In this document: positions 39,276 through 48,481 of the stretch, one piece after another
How positions within the stretch are numbered: the stretch's first letter is position 1
Layout of the letters: every line of letters begins with the position of its first letter
Source: Robiginitomaculum sp.
GTDB lineage: Bacteria; Pseudomonadota; Alphaproteobacteria; Caulobacterales; Maricaulaceae
Direction of reading: 5' to 3'
Assembly (NCBI GenBank): GCA_016763185.1
Contig: JAESUG010000047.1
Location: 1-59,162, forward strand
Length of the DNA stretch: 59,162 nucleotides
Notes under the pieces: generated by a model
What the model saw: only the letters and a program-made list of their open reading frames with translations
What the model was told of the DNA's origin: nothing
Databases searched by the model: none
Made by a program: the position numbers and the translations under genes

Positions 39276-41888
39276 TTACGCCGCATCCACAGCATCAAGT
39301 GCGGGGTCTTGTAGAGCACTTGTCGGCGGTGCAAGAGGCAATCGCACGGTTACGGTGGTGCCTGTACCGATTTCACTTTCGATCACAAACTCACCGCCAT
39401 GTAGATCAACAAGAGACTTTGTTAACGCCAATCCCAGTCCAGACCCTTTATGACTTTTGCTATGCTGACTTTCAATCTGAGAGAACGGTGTACACAGCTT
39501 GGGAAGATCTTCTTTGGAAATTCCGATGCCGGTATCTGTAACTTCAAAAATTATACCACCGGTTCTAATATCTGACTTGGTCACAATATTCACCCGCCCA
39601 CCTTCGGGTGTGAATTTGATGGCATTGGAAAGAATGTTAAGCAAAACTTGTTTAATGGCTCGCGGGTCGGCCTCAATATCAGGAACATCGTCGGTTTCAG
39701 AGTTAAGTTGTAAATTAGATTCGACCGCCCGGCCTCGAACCAATCGCAAACATTGATCAACCAATTCATCGCAATATATGATTTCGGTACTGAGGGTCAT
39801 TTTCCCAGACTCGATCTTCGACATATCCAAAATATCATTGATCAAGTTTAACAGATGTTGCCCCGAACTTAAGATATCACCCGCATATTCCAAATATCTT
39901 GGATCGCCTAATGGGCCAAACATTTCCTTTTGCATGATTTCAGAGAACCCATTGACCGCATTTAACGGCGTTCGTAGTTCGTGAGACATATTGGCCAAAA
40001 ATTCACTTTTCGACCGGTTCGCTTCTTCGGCTCGGATTTTTTCTAAATGATAACTGTTGGCCAGTTCAGAAATTCTTTTTTGGCTGGCTTCAAGGTTTTC
40101 CACGGACGCAAGTAGTTCTTTCTCGTTTTTGACCAACAAGGTCTCTTGCGATTTGATTGCCGTAATATCAGTCCCGATCCCCACCAAGCCACCTTCGGCG
40201 GTGTTACGCTCTGAAAGGTGGATCCAGCGCCCATCAGTTAACTCCATCTCAACGGCGCTAGGGTCTCTACCTTCGTGTACTGCTTTGATCGCGCGTGCCG
40301 CCATAGTTTCCAGTTCTTCGTAGGAAATACCTGTTCGCAAATATTCCGGCGCAATTCCAAAAAAATCACTAAACTTATGATTACACATAATCAACCGTCG
40401 TCGCGCATCCCAGACCACAAACGATTCAGACATAGACTCGAGCGCCGCCCGCAATCGGGTTTCCGCAGCATTTAATCGAGACTGCGCCCCTTTTTGCTCG
40501 GTGATATCAATGGCAACCCCAACCACACGGCCCGTATTGCGTTCATCTTGCCCTTGCCAAGGTCGTCCGCGGGCCTGAAACCAAATTGGAAGATTTGCCG
40601 CTCGAAACTCGATATCAATTTCGCCGCTCGAAGGTGCGCCGCGCATGGCTGTATGCAAGGGTTCTCGATCTTCAATATGAACCAAGCTTAAGAATTCAGC
40701 CGCCGAAATCGTTGCTCCTTTTTTCTGGCCAAACATTCGTGCTAGGGAATCGGTGACCAGCACTTGGTCACTATGTAAATCCCAATCAAAAACGCCACTT
40801 CTGGCGCCTTCAATGGCCAACCGAAATCTGGAATCACTGTCGGACAGCGCTTGTCGGGTCGTCCGCAAGCCATCCATTTGTTTGAGTAAAATAACCACCA
40901 ATATCGATGCCACCAACAAAGGTGCTATCGTCATCAGAATGAAAAATACCAAAGTCTGCATCCATGCAGCGTGATTAATCATCAGGCCTCCAGCCTGGTA
41001 CACAACCAATTCACCATTAAATAAGGTGTCGATACCAACCGCTAGCCGCTGTCCTTCAGCGCCGGTGCCCTCCAATCCGCCAAGCAAGCGAGTGCGAACA
41101 TGATAATCGACTTCATTTGGGCTTACCCCGAATTGCTCGGCGATGGCGTGGGCGCTTTTAACCGAATTAGCGCCGATTTGCCGACCATCTTTATCGCCCA
41201 GCAAGTTGGTCTGTCCCCGGCCAGATATGCCTTGCAACCATGTTGGTGAGACAAGCGCGATCAGTATTGGTGAGGATGAGCTGGTATTGGATCTGACGGC
41301 GGTCAGTACGTGGCTGATGCCCGCATTATCTTTAACCACACCTGAAAAGGTCATTTTTGAGATCATTTTCTCAGAAACATCACGCAGAATTACCTCGTCA
41401 ATCACCCCTTCAGCTTGGATTTGGTTGTTTGATGGCGTAATTCTTGCTATCTTTTGGATAGACTCATTTGCGATTAAAATACCTAATACGTTTTTCACAT
41501 TGGCGTGGGTCGCGGTTCTGGAGACACTGACCGTTTGGCTTGCTGTTTCCAGTCGGGCCGTTACTTCTTGAACTCTACCTCGAACTTGTTCTGCATAATG
41601 AGTGGTCGCTAATACTCGAGAATATACCACATCAGCGCGAGCTGCATTGTATTCCATGACCAATTTCATGGCAATCACCAGCAAAAATAGCAATGTAAAC
41701 AATACAACGAACCCAACCGACCAACCCGCTTCAAGCGTTGGCGCGGTCATTTGGGATGAATTTCGCCGGGCGCGAGTTTTTTTGGCTTCGGCCTTTTTGG
41801 TTTTTTTTGAAGAGGCCAAGAGATCTACGTTTCCCCCAGCATTTGCTGGGGAATGTATGATATCACTTGTGCCTGCCTTCGGCTTCAA
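39276..41888 (-). CDS. PAS-domain sensor histidine kinase of the PleC/DivJ/PdhS type
   Basis: TM segments, PAS regions, then FLANMSHELRTPLNAVNGFSEIMQKEMFGPLGDPRYLEYAGDILSSGQHLLNLINDILDMSKIESGK. That block closely matches my recollection of the PleC/DivJ dimerisation region. HATPase_c motifs NILSNAIKFT, DTGIGI, GSGLGLAL. The start is uncertain (TTG at 41888). Confidence 0.85.
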   Translation of the reverse strand: MKPKAGTSDIIHSPANAGGNVDLLASSKKTKKAEAKKTRARRNSSQMTAPTLEAGWSVGFVVLFTLLFLLVIAMKLVMEYNAARADVVYSRVLATTHYAEQVRGRVQEVTARLETASQTVSVSRTATHANVKNVLGILIANESIQKIARITPSNNQIQAEGVIDEVILRDVSEKMISKMTFSGVVKDNAGISHVLTAVRSNTSSSSPILIALVSPTWLQGISGRGQTNLLGDKDGRQIGANSVKSAHAIAEQFGVSPNEVDYHVRTRLLGGLEGTGAEGQRLAVGIDTLFNGELVVYQAGGLMINHAAWMQTLVFFILMTIAPLLVASILVVILLKQMDGLRTTRQALSDSDSRFRLAIEGARSGVFDWDLHSDQVLVTDSLARMFGQKKGATISAAEFLSLVHIEDREPLHTAMRGAPSSGEIDIEFRAANLPIWFQARGRPWQGQDERNTGRVVGVAIDITEQKGAQSRLNAAETRLRAALESMSESFVVWDARRRLIMCNHKFSDFFGIAPEYLRTGISYEELETMAARAIKAVHEGRDPSAVEMELTDGRWIHLSERNTAEGGLVGIGTDITAIKSQETLLVKNEKELLASVENLEASQKRISELANSYHLEKIRAEEANRSKSEFLANMSHELRTPLNAVNGFSEIMQKEMFGPLGDPRYLEYAGDILSSGQHLLNLINDILDMSKIESGKMTLSTEIIYCDELVDQCLRLVRGRAVESNLQLNSETDDVPDIEADPRAIKQVLLNILSNAIKFTPEGGRVNIVTKSDIRTGGIIFEVTDTGIGISKEDLPKLCTPFSQIESQHSKSHKGSGLGLALTKSLVDLHGGEFVIESEIGTGTTVTVRLPLAPPTSALQDPALDAVDAA

Positions 41889-41993
41889 ACTGGCCCCCTA
41901 TTAGGTGATTCGTTTCTCTGACGAAGATAATCCACCAGAGTCAATGCTGTCGACACCAAAAGCCAATTTTTATAATTCGTTTAACCTAGTCGA

Positions 41994-42566
41994 TCATGGG
42001 TCAGAGGTGAAGTCTAGTGTCTTTGGTTTGCTCTCGTCGCCTTTAGCTTGCGCCGCGCTCTGTATGTTTTGATCACCGTCTTCTGTGCGCCGAAAAGGGC
42101 CGTCATAGTTTCCATCCCTGCGGCGACGGCGATCGGGGCCAAAATAGGTGGCAGTGCGGACAAAATCTCGTGGATGGTCGATCACCGCGACCAGTTTGCG
42201 AAACAGTTCATTGGCATTGATCGGTTTGTTGCAAAATTCGGTTGCCCCGGCATCGCGCGCCGCCATCACACGGCTCCGTTCAGAATAGGCGGTCAGCATG
42301 ATAATTGGGATAAACGGAGCCGGGCTGTCATCGCCGGTACGAACGAGTTTGATGAAGTCCACCCCATCAAGCAAGTCCATTTGGAAATCGACGATGATGA
42401 AGTCTATCGCTTCACTTTTGAACAAATCAAAGGCGTCGGCTGCATCTTTGGCTTCGTAAAAATGCTTCATGCCAAATCCACGCAATATGGTTTTGACAAT
42501 ATTAATCATGTGAGCATTGTCATCGACAATCAGCACTCTTAGGCGGTCCATTCGTAGATCGGTCAT
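41994..42566 (-). CDS. single-domain (REC-only) response regulator with Arg-rich C-terminal tail
   Basis: VLIVDDN, FIIVDFQMD and FCNKP REC motifs. The tail is FVRTATYFGPDRRRRRDG with no DNA-binding output domain. Confidence 0.85.
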   Translation of the reverse strand: MTDLRMDRLRVLIVDDNAHMINIVKTILRGFGMKHFYEAKDAADAFDLFKSEAIDFIIVDFQMDLLDGVDFIKLVRTGDDSPAPFIPIIMLTAYSERSRVMAARDAGATEFCNKPINANELFRKLVAVIDHPRDFVRTATYFGPDRRRRRDGNYDGPFRRTEDGDQNIQSAAQAKGDESKPKTLDFTSDP

Positions 42567-42587
42567 GTAGTTTTCGCCTTTCTTTCG

Positions 42588-42606
42588 AAATTCTCACAGA
42601 GAATTT
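42588..42606. promoter_or_regulatory. perfect palindrome AAATTCTC-ACA-GAGAATTT upstream of the REC-only regulator gene
   Basis: 8-bp arms read directly, 22-40 nt upstream of the start at 42566. Its function as an operator is inferred only. Confidence 0.3.
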
Positions 42607-42645
42607 AAGAGAAAATCGTTAGAAACCACTTAACCGAAATGTTTC

Positions 42646-45261
42646 TTAAGCAAGATGTTTGGACGCAATTTCGAAGGTATTTTTTGACAAGCCATCGCTA
42701 TCTCGAACGCGGGTGATGATGCTTCGCGCAATCTCACGTCGTGTAGGTTCAACTTGTCGCCAACTTTCAAAAGCGCCCATCAGTCGCGCGGCCAGTGCTG
42801 GATTTTCACCGTCAATTTCCAAAATACCTTCGGCCAATAACCGGTATCCATCTCCATTTTTCGTATGGAACAGCGCCAAATTCCCATTGGAAAACGCGCC
42901 ATAAACTGCCCGGGCTCGATTGGGATTGCTTACCGAAAAGTCCGGATGCTGTAGCAATTGGCGAAGGGCGTTGATGTCTGTGCCGTGAGCTGTTGCTTGC
43001 AACGCAAACCATTTGTCGATGACCAGCGGGTTGTTCTGCCATTTGGCGTAAAATGCATCCAAAGCAGGTTTCAATTGGTTTGATTTTGCCGCATCCAACG
43101 CCACAAGAGACGCCACAGTGTCGGTCATATTGTCGGCTTGCACCTGAGCGCCAACGAGCCGTTCATCATCAATGTGTGCCAACAGGACCAAGGCTTGATT
43201 GGCCAAGGCACGCATTCCAGCCGATTTACCATCTGGTTGAAACGTTCCTGCGGGGCGCATGGTTTGCTGAAACGCGAGAAGTTTTGCTTGATTGGCTTGG
43301 GCCAGTTGCAGCAATAAGGTTGACCGGGCGCGATGGATGGCTTCGGGGACCGCGTCCTTCATGAGTTGGAATATTTCGTTCTCGCTGGGTGGTTGCAGCA
43401 CCAAAGCCACAAATGCCGGCTCCAGTGTCGGGTCATCAATCACCGCCGATAACGCTGACAGATATTGTGGATCGGCCATTGGTTCGGTGCCTGACAATAC
43501 CTGTTTGGTCATTGTTCGTAACTGTTCACGCCCAAATCGTTGGGCTTCTTCCCATCGGTTGAACAAATCTGGATCAGACGCAATCACATGCGCCTGTTGT
43601 GGTTTGGTGCGTTCCATATGGATGACTATTGGTGCGGAAAATTGCCGAAATGCCGAAACAATAGGTTGTTCGCGCAATCCCTCAAACACCCAAGTTTTCT
43701 GGTCTTCATCTAACAATAAAACGGTTTCTTCGAGTTCTTCTCTTGCGTGCCCAACAACCGAGAACAGAACCGGCCCAGTTTTTCCAAGCAATCCGACCCG
43801 TACTGGAATGGGTACGGATTGTTTGTGTTTTTGCCCAGGTGTTGGCGGTGTTTTTTGTTGCATCGTCACCGCCAATTGTCCGGCCTGTTCGTCCCATTTC
43901 GAAGTGATCGTGACATGTGGTGTTCCGGCTTGCCCATACCACCGCAAGAATTTTGACAAGTCAGTTCCAGAAACCTTGGCAAAGCACTCGATAAACTGTT
44001 CCATCGTGGCGGCGGTTCCGTCCAAGGTGTCAAAATAGTGTGCCATGCCAGTCGCAAATACCTGAGCGCCCAACATGGTTTTTAGCGCTCGGATTAGCTC
44101 TGCACCTTTTTCGTAGACCGTGGCGGTATAGAAATTATCGATCGCCAAATACGATGATGGACGTACGGGATGGGCCAAGGGTCCGGCATCTTCGGGGAAT
44201 TGGCGGGCGCGTAAGGCTTTGACATCCTTGATCCGGCTAATGGCGCGACCTCGCTGGTCGGCTGAGAACTCTTGGTCCCGAAATACGGTCAACCCTTCTT
44301 TGAGGCACAATTGGAACCAGTCGCGACAGGTAATGCGATTGCCGGTCCAGTTATGGAAATATTCATGGGCGACCACGCTTTCAATGCGTTCAAAATTATC
44401 GTCTGTGGCTGTGTCTGCGTCCGCGAGCAGTACCGACGAGTTGAAGATGTTCAAACCTTTGTTTTCCATCGCGCCAAAGTTAAACGAACGAACCGCGACA
44501 ATCATAAACAGATCAAGGTCGTACTCGCGACCAAACACATCTTCATCCCATTTCATCGACCGTTTTAGTGCATCCATCGCATAAAGAGCCAAATGACTGT
44601 CGCCGGGATCGACATAAATGCGCAACGGAACGGTTTTGCCGCTATGGGTGGTAAACTGATCCTCGATCATATCGAACACGCCGCCAACTAAGGCAAACAG
44701 ATAAGCTGGTTTCTTGAACGGGTCTTCCCAAACCGCGAAATGTCGCCCATTTTCCAATTCCCCAGCTTCAAGCAAATTGCCGTTTGAGAGCAAGGTGGCA
44801 AATGTTTGGTCGGCTTCCAAGCGCACCGTAAAGCGGCTCATCACATCCGGCCGGTCCGGGTAATACGTGATATGGCGAAAGCCTTGGGCTTCGCATTGAG
44901 TGCAAAAGCGCCCCCCAGAGATATAAAGCCCGGACAAGGCATGATTACTGGCCGGTGCTATTTTGGTGGTGATGGAAACCACGCACTGATCCGGTAATTT
45001 GGCTATGATTAATTGCTGTTCGGTGAGCGAAAAGGCGGATTTGTCCAAAACTTCGCCATCAATCTTAAGGCTAAGCAACTCCAGCCCTTCGCCATCTAGC
45101 ACCAAGGGTCCATCGACCCCAGCATTGCGGGAAATCGAAAGCTCAGAGCGGACAATCGTCGCAGTTTCGTCCAGCTCGAACCATAAATGCGTGTGCGCAA
45201 TGGTAAATGCAAACGGCGTATAATCAACAAGGCAAACGGCTACGGGTTGTTCTGTTTTCAT
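42646..45261 (-). CDS. pepN: aminopeptidase N (M1 family)
   Basis: GAMENKGLNIFN, HEYFHNWTGNR...LKEGLTVF (HEXXH-E zinc site). About 871 aa from Met 45261 (the ORF opens at 45306). Confidence 0.93.
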   Translation of the reverse strand: MKTEQPVAVCLVDYTPFAFTIAHTHLWFELDETATIVRSELSISRNAGVDGPLVLDGEGLELLSLKIDGEVLDKSAFSLTEQQLIIAKLPDQCVVSITTKIAPASNHALSGLYISGGRFCTQCEAQGFRHITYYPDRPDVMSRFTVRLEADQTFATLLSNGNLLEAGELENGRHFAVWEDPFKKPAYLFALVGGVFDMIEDQFTTHSGKTVPLRIYVDPGDSHLALYAMDALKRSMKWDEDVFGREYDLDLFMIVAVRSFNFGAMENKGLNIFNSSVLLADADTATDDNFERIESVVAHEYFHNWTGNRITCRDWFQLCLKEGLTVFRDQEFSADQRGRAISRIKDVKALRARQFPEDAGPLAHPVRPSSYLAIDNFYTATVYEKGAELIRALKTMLGAQVFATGMAHYFDTLDGTAATMEQFIECFAKVSGTDLSKFLRWYGQAGTPHVTITSKWDEQAGQLAVTMQQKTPPTPGQKHKQSVPIPVRVGLLGKTGPVLFSVVGHAREELEETVLLLDEDQKTWVFEGLREQPIVSAFRQFSAPIVIHMERTKPQQAHVIASDPDLFNRWEEAQRFGREQLRTMTKQVLSGTEPMADPQYLSALSAVIDDPTLEPAFVALVLQPPSENEIFQLMKDAVPEAIHRARSTLLLQLAQANQAKLLAFQQTMRPAGTFQPDGKSAGMRALANQALVLLAHIDDERLVGAQVQADNMTDTVASLVALDAAKSNQLKPALDAFYAKWQNNPLVIDKWFALQATAHGTDINALRQLLQHPDFSVSNPNRARAVYGAFSNGNLALFHTKNGDGYRLLAEGILEIDGENPALAARLMGAFESWRQVEPTRREIARSIITRVRDSDGLSKNTFEIASKHLA

Positions 45262-45334
45262 TGGTTTGGGTTCCAGTTTGAAGAACCCAGAGCCTACCGT
45301 ACTCACCTGTGAGCGTCACCTGTTTGGGTGAGAT

Positions 45335-45874
45335 TTAATCAGCTTGTGGGCGATCTTCGACGAACCGGATGATTTGCCGGGCTTCTTGCGCCAGTTCTGC
45401 CATCTGGGCCGAGGCATCTATCGAGTTGCGTGAGATATGTTCATCCAAGCGTTTGGCAATGCGTAACAATTGCAAACTTGAAGCTATGATCCGTGCTTGA
45501 AACTCAATCCGTAACGGGTCGCGATCATATTCCGCGCCCGGTGTCCGCCAGCCGCCCCAGTCTTGGGTATCGGTCATCACGATCGGAAAGGTGCCGGGGA
45601 ACGGATGATTGGCGCATTCTTCGACGGTTTGCCATTTGTTGATGGCTCGCGAAATGCGCCAATTTTCCTTTACTGCTTGATCGGCAAACCCGTCTCGCGA
45701 CTCGCCACTTAACTCGTTGGCCTTAAAGTCACGGCCCAAACCAACTTCGTATGAAATGCGAATAGGTTCAGGAACATCTTTGACCCAGTGCGGTTTTATC
45801 TGTTCAATGACTGCCCAGGTCCCGACGGGACCGACATAGACCCGTTGATTTTTGTGGAATTCTGCTTTGGCCAT
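45335..45874 (-). CDS. hypothetical protein, 179 aa
   Basis: Clean ORF with an ATG start and no family recognised. Divergent from the MltF-like gene. Confidence 0.5.
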   Translation of the reverse strand: MAKAEFHKNQRVYVGPVGTWAVIEQIKPHWVKDVPEPIRISYEVGLGRDFKANELSGESRDGFADQAVKENWRISRAINKWQTVEECANHPFPGTFPIVMTDTQDWGGWRTPGAEYDRDPLRIEFQARIIASSLQLLRIAKRLDEHISRNSIDASAQMAELAQEARQIIRFVEDRPQAD

Positions 45875-45929
45875 GTTGTACCGCCTTGTGTTCTTAATCT
45901 ACCAACAGTGTGCCTTACGGGCGCTTAGC

Positions 45930-47291
45930 ATGACGTTAATGCTGGTGCTTATTGTTGTTGCTTGCGTTCCCAGTGCGCCGCGTCAAGGGTCAGTTTTGCG
46001 TGAAGCCCAAGATGGCGGCGTGTTGCGGGTGGTGACTTTAAACGCCCCAACCACGTATTATGAGGGCCGCGATGGGTTAGCTGGCTTTGAATACGATCTG
46101 GCCAATGCCTATGCCGCACATTTAGGGCTGGAGGCCCACTTTGTCGTGGTTGCGACCATCGAGGCCGGATTGCAAGTGCTGGCTGCGGGTCAAGCGGATA
46201 TCGCTGCTGCGGGCCTAAGTGTCACCGCCGCTCGCCAAACATACTTAGCCTTTGGACCCTCGTATTTTTCGGCCACTCCGATTGTGGTTTGCCGGCGCGG
46301 TGTGCGCCAAATTACCAGCCTAGCTGATATGGCAGATGTGCGTTTTGCGATTGCCACAGGCTCGTCCTTTGTTGAATTGGTACCGCAAAGCACGATGATT
46401 GTGGAGCGTTCCGTTGAAGGTTTGCTTGCGGATGTGGCCGCCAAGCAGATGGATTGCACGATTGCAGATGATCATGTGTTTGCCTTGCACCGGCGCTATC
46501 TGCCGAATTTAGAGGTACGGATTGAACTTGGCCCAGGGGTTCCGTTGGCTTGGGCGGTGGCCGGTGGCCATAGCTGGCGCAATCGAAGTTTCATGCGCGA
46601 CCTAAAACATTGGATGGGCAAAACGGAGACAGTTTCTCTGCTAGAAACGTTGAGATTACGTCATTTTGCCATTGCCGATACCGAGTTTGATTATGTGGAT
46701 TTATCGCGCCTACGCCGGGCAATGAATAGCCGATTGCCCAAATACCGCACCCTGTTTGAACAGGCCGGTACCCGCTATCGTTTGCCGTGGACCTTGCTGG
46801 CGGCCTTGGCGTGGCGTGAGAGCCATTGGTTGCCCAATGCCACCAGCCCGACCGGGGTTCGCGGTTTGATGATGCTAACCTTGGTCACGGCCAAGGAACA
46901 GGGGGTCAGCAACCGTCTTGACCCCGCGCAATCCATTCGTGGTGGTGCGCGCTATCTGGCTCACTTGTACCGGCGGCTACCCGATGAGATCAGCACCGAC
47001 CAACGCATGTCGTTTGCACTGGCCGCCTACAATATGGGTTGGGGGCATATGATGGATGCCAGAACACTGGTGGCCAGCCGTGATGGTGATCCCAATCAAT
47101 GGCAACAGGTCTCGTTGGTGTTGCCAGAGCTGGAACAAAGAGAGGTCTATCAACATCTCACTCACGGCTATGCGCGTGGCCGAGAAGGGCAGGCATATGT
47201 GGCGGCGGTGTTGAACTTTGCCGATATCATTGAAAAGGCATACGCCCCGATCATAGAGCCAAATCATGAGTATTCAGAGCCCCGCCAATAA
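45930..47291 (+). CDS. MltF-like lytic transglycosylase (solute-binding domain + SLT domain), probable lipoprotein
   Basis: Lipobox-like LIVVAC after Met 45930. A periplasmic-binding-type N-domain. SLT block LLAALAWRESHW...GVRGLMMLT...AYNMGWGH. Confidence 0.75.
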   Translation: MTLMLVLIVVACVPSAPRQGSVLREAQDGGVLRVVTLNAPTTYYEGRDGLAGFEYDLANAYAAHLGLEAHFVVVATIEAGLQVLAAGQADIAAAGLSVTAARQTYLAFGPSYFSATPIVVCRRGVRQITSLADMADVRFAIATGSSFVELVPQSTMIVERSVEGLLADVAAKQMDCTIADDHVFALHRRYLPNLEVRIELGPGVPLAWAVAGGHSWRNRSFMRDLKHWMGKTETVSLLETLRLRHFAIADTEFDYVDLSRLRRAMNSRLPKYRTLFEQAGTRYRLPWTLLAALAWRESHWLPNATSPTGVRGLMMLTLVTAKEQGVSNRLDPAQSIRGGARYLAHLYRRLPDEISTDQRMSFALAAYNMGWGHMMDARTLVASRDGDPNQWQQVSLVLPELEQREVYQHLTHGYARGREGQAYVAAVLNFADIIEKAYAPIIEPNHEYSEPRQ

Positions 47292-47378
47292 CGGATATTA
47301 TTGGCTAGAATTGGAAAATGTTGGCGCAAACTGGCGCAATTTGGCGAAAAATAGACGCTGGTTTGGCAGTATGTTTTG

Positions 47379-47414
47379 TCTCGCGGCGCGAAGAGAGCGC
47401 CTCCGACGGGGCGG
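47379..47414 (-). repeat. copy A (inverted orientation) of a 36-bp GC-rich hairpin-containing repeat
   Basis: The reverse complement reads CCGCCCCGTCGGAGGCGCTCTCTTCGCGCCGCGAGA. The 28-bp core differs from copies B and C at one position. Confidence 0.85.
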
Positions 47415-47666
47415 CGAACGGTCGCCGGCGCGCGGTCGCGCTTTCGCGGGCGAGTTGGGTTAGCTCGCTGAAAGGGTGATCGCGGGTTGGGAGGTTCGTG
47501 TTTGGGGCAGGGCTGGTTTTCCCGCGTGATCGTTCGACCTCGCGCTTACATAACCGAAGGCGGTAGTGCCAGAGATATCACATAATATCCACAGGATAAC
47601 TGTAATCAATCCAACAGGTTGGGCGAAAGGGTACACTGCTGGTTCCTTTAAATTGGAGTTGGCCCG

Positions 47667-48053
47667 ATGTCGTTTGTCTTATCGTCGCGATCTGTGGAGC
47701 GCCTTAGCGGTGTTCACCCGATGTTACAGCGTGTGGTGCACAGCGCGATCTTGGACACCAAGGTCGATTTCGCGGTGTTGGAAGGGCGACGGTCCTTGGT
47801 ACGGCAACAAGAGCTGTTTCGCGCCGGGGCCAGCCAGACATTGCGTTCACGTCACTTAAGCGGTCATGCGGTTGATCTGGGGGCATGGGTGTCTGGTGGT
47901 ATTCGTTGGGACTGGCCGCTTTACCACAAAATCGCAGCTGCGATGTGTATGGCGGCCAAGGAACATCAGGTTGATCTGCATTGGGGTGGTCATTGGAACA
48001 GCTTCCCGGATGGGCCGCATTTTGAGTTAAGTTGGCAAGGATATCCGTTATGA
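47667..48053 (+). CDS. peptidase M15 (VanY / L-alanyl-D-glutamate peptidase type) endolysin
   Basis: 128 aa. SRHLSGHAVDL (H-x6-D zinc ligands) and DGPHFEL (third His) are characteristic of M15 phage endolysins. Confidence 0.8.
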   Translation: MSFVLSSRSVERLSGVHPMLQRVVHSAILDTKVDFAVLEGRRSLVRQQELFRAGASQTLRSRHLSGHAVDLGAWVSGGIRWDWPLYHKIAAAMCMAAKEHQVDLHWGGHWNSFPDGPHFELSWQGYPL

Positions 48054-48457
48054 GCATTTTTAAGGCGCTCATCTCCCCGGTAACGCAAATCATCCGCGAG
48101 ATCGTGCCCAATGGCGATCAACGCTTTGCGCTGGAGCAACAGATCGAGCGCTTGTTGATCGAGCAAGAAAAAGCGTTCGTCGAAGCTGGCCGCGATGTGG
48201 TGGTGGCCGAAGCCACCGGCGAAAGTTGGTTACAACGCAATTGGCGACCGATTTCCATGTTGGTGTTTGTCGCCGTGATCGCCAATAATTATCTGATCGC
48301 CCCCTATGTACAGGCCTTTGGCGGGGTCGCCGTGGTTTTGGAAATTCCGCCCGGCATGTGGGGTTTATTGACCATGGGACTTGGCGGTTATGTGGTTGGC
48401 CGCACCTTGGAAAAAACCGGCTCGCACATCCGTGTCGGTGGGGTCGGGAAGGGGTGA
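48050..48457 (+). CDS. holin of the 3TM GTA-release type (GTA_holin_3TM-like)
   Basis: ATGA overlap with the endolysin stop. A hydrophilic coiled N-terminus, then NWRP followed by hydrophobic segments ISMLVFVAVIANNYLIAPYV and MWGLLTMGLGGYVVG. Confidence 0.7.
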   Translation: MSIFKALISPVTQIIREIVPNGDQRFALEQQIERLLIEQEKAFVEAGRDVVVAEATGESWLQRNWRPISMLVFVAVIANNYLIAPYVQAFGGVAVVLEIPPGMWGLLTMGLGGYVVGRTLEKTGSHIRVGGVGKG

Positions 48458-48481
48458 ATAAATGTAAAAACTGTTTTTGCG

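Noticed and set aside
43292-44038. 248-aa ORF antisense to pepN. Similar long antisense ORFs lie at 54831-55697 (in ugd), 56626-57261 (in gatA), 20971-21564 (in the tape measure gene), 19073-19606, 17974-18489, 14309-14779, 22132-22602, 52720-53211 and 5645-6082.
   Set aside because: All lie fully inside strongly supported genes on the opposite strand. They have Ser/Arg/Pro/Cys-rich low-complexity translations and no RBS or family resemblance. This is the typical shadow-ORF artefact.
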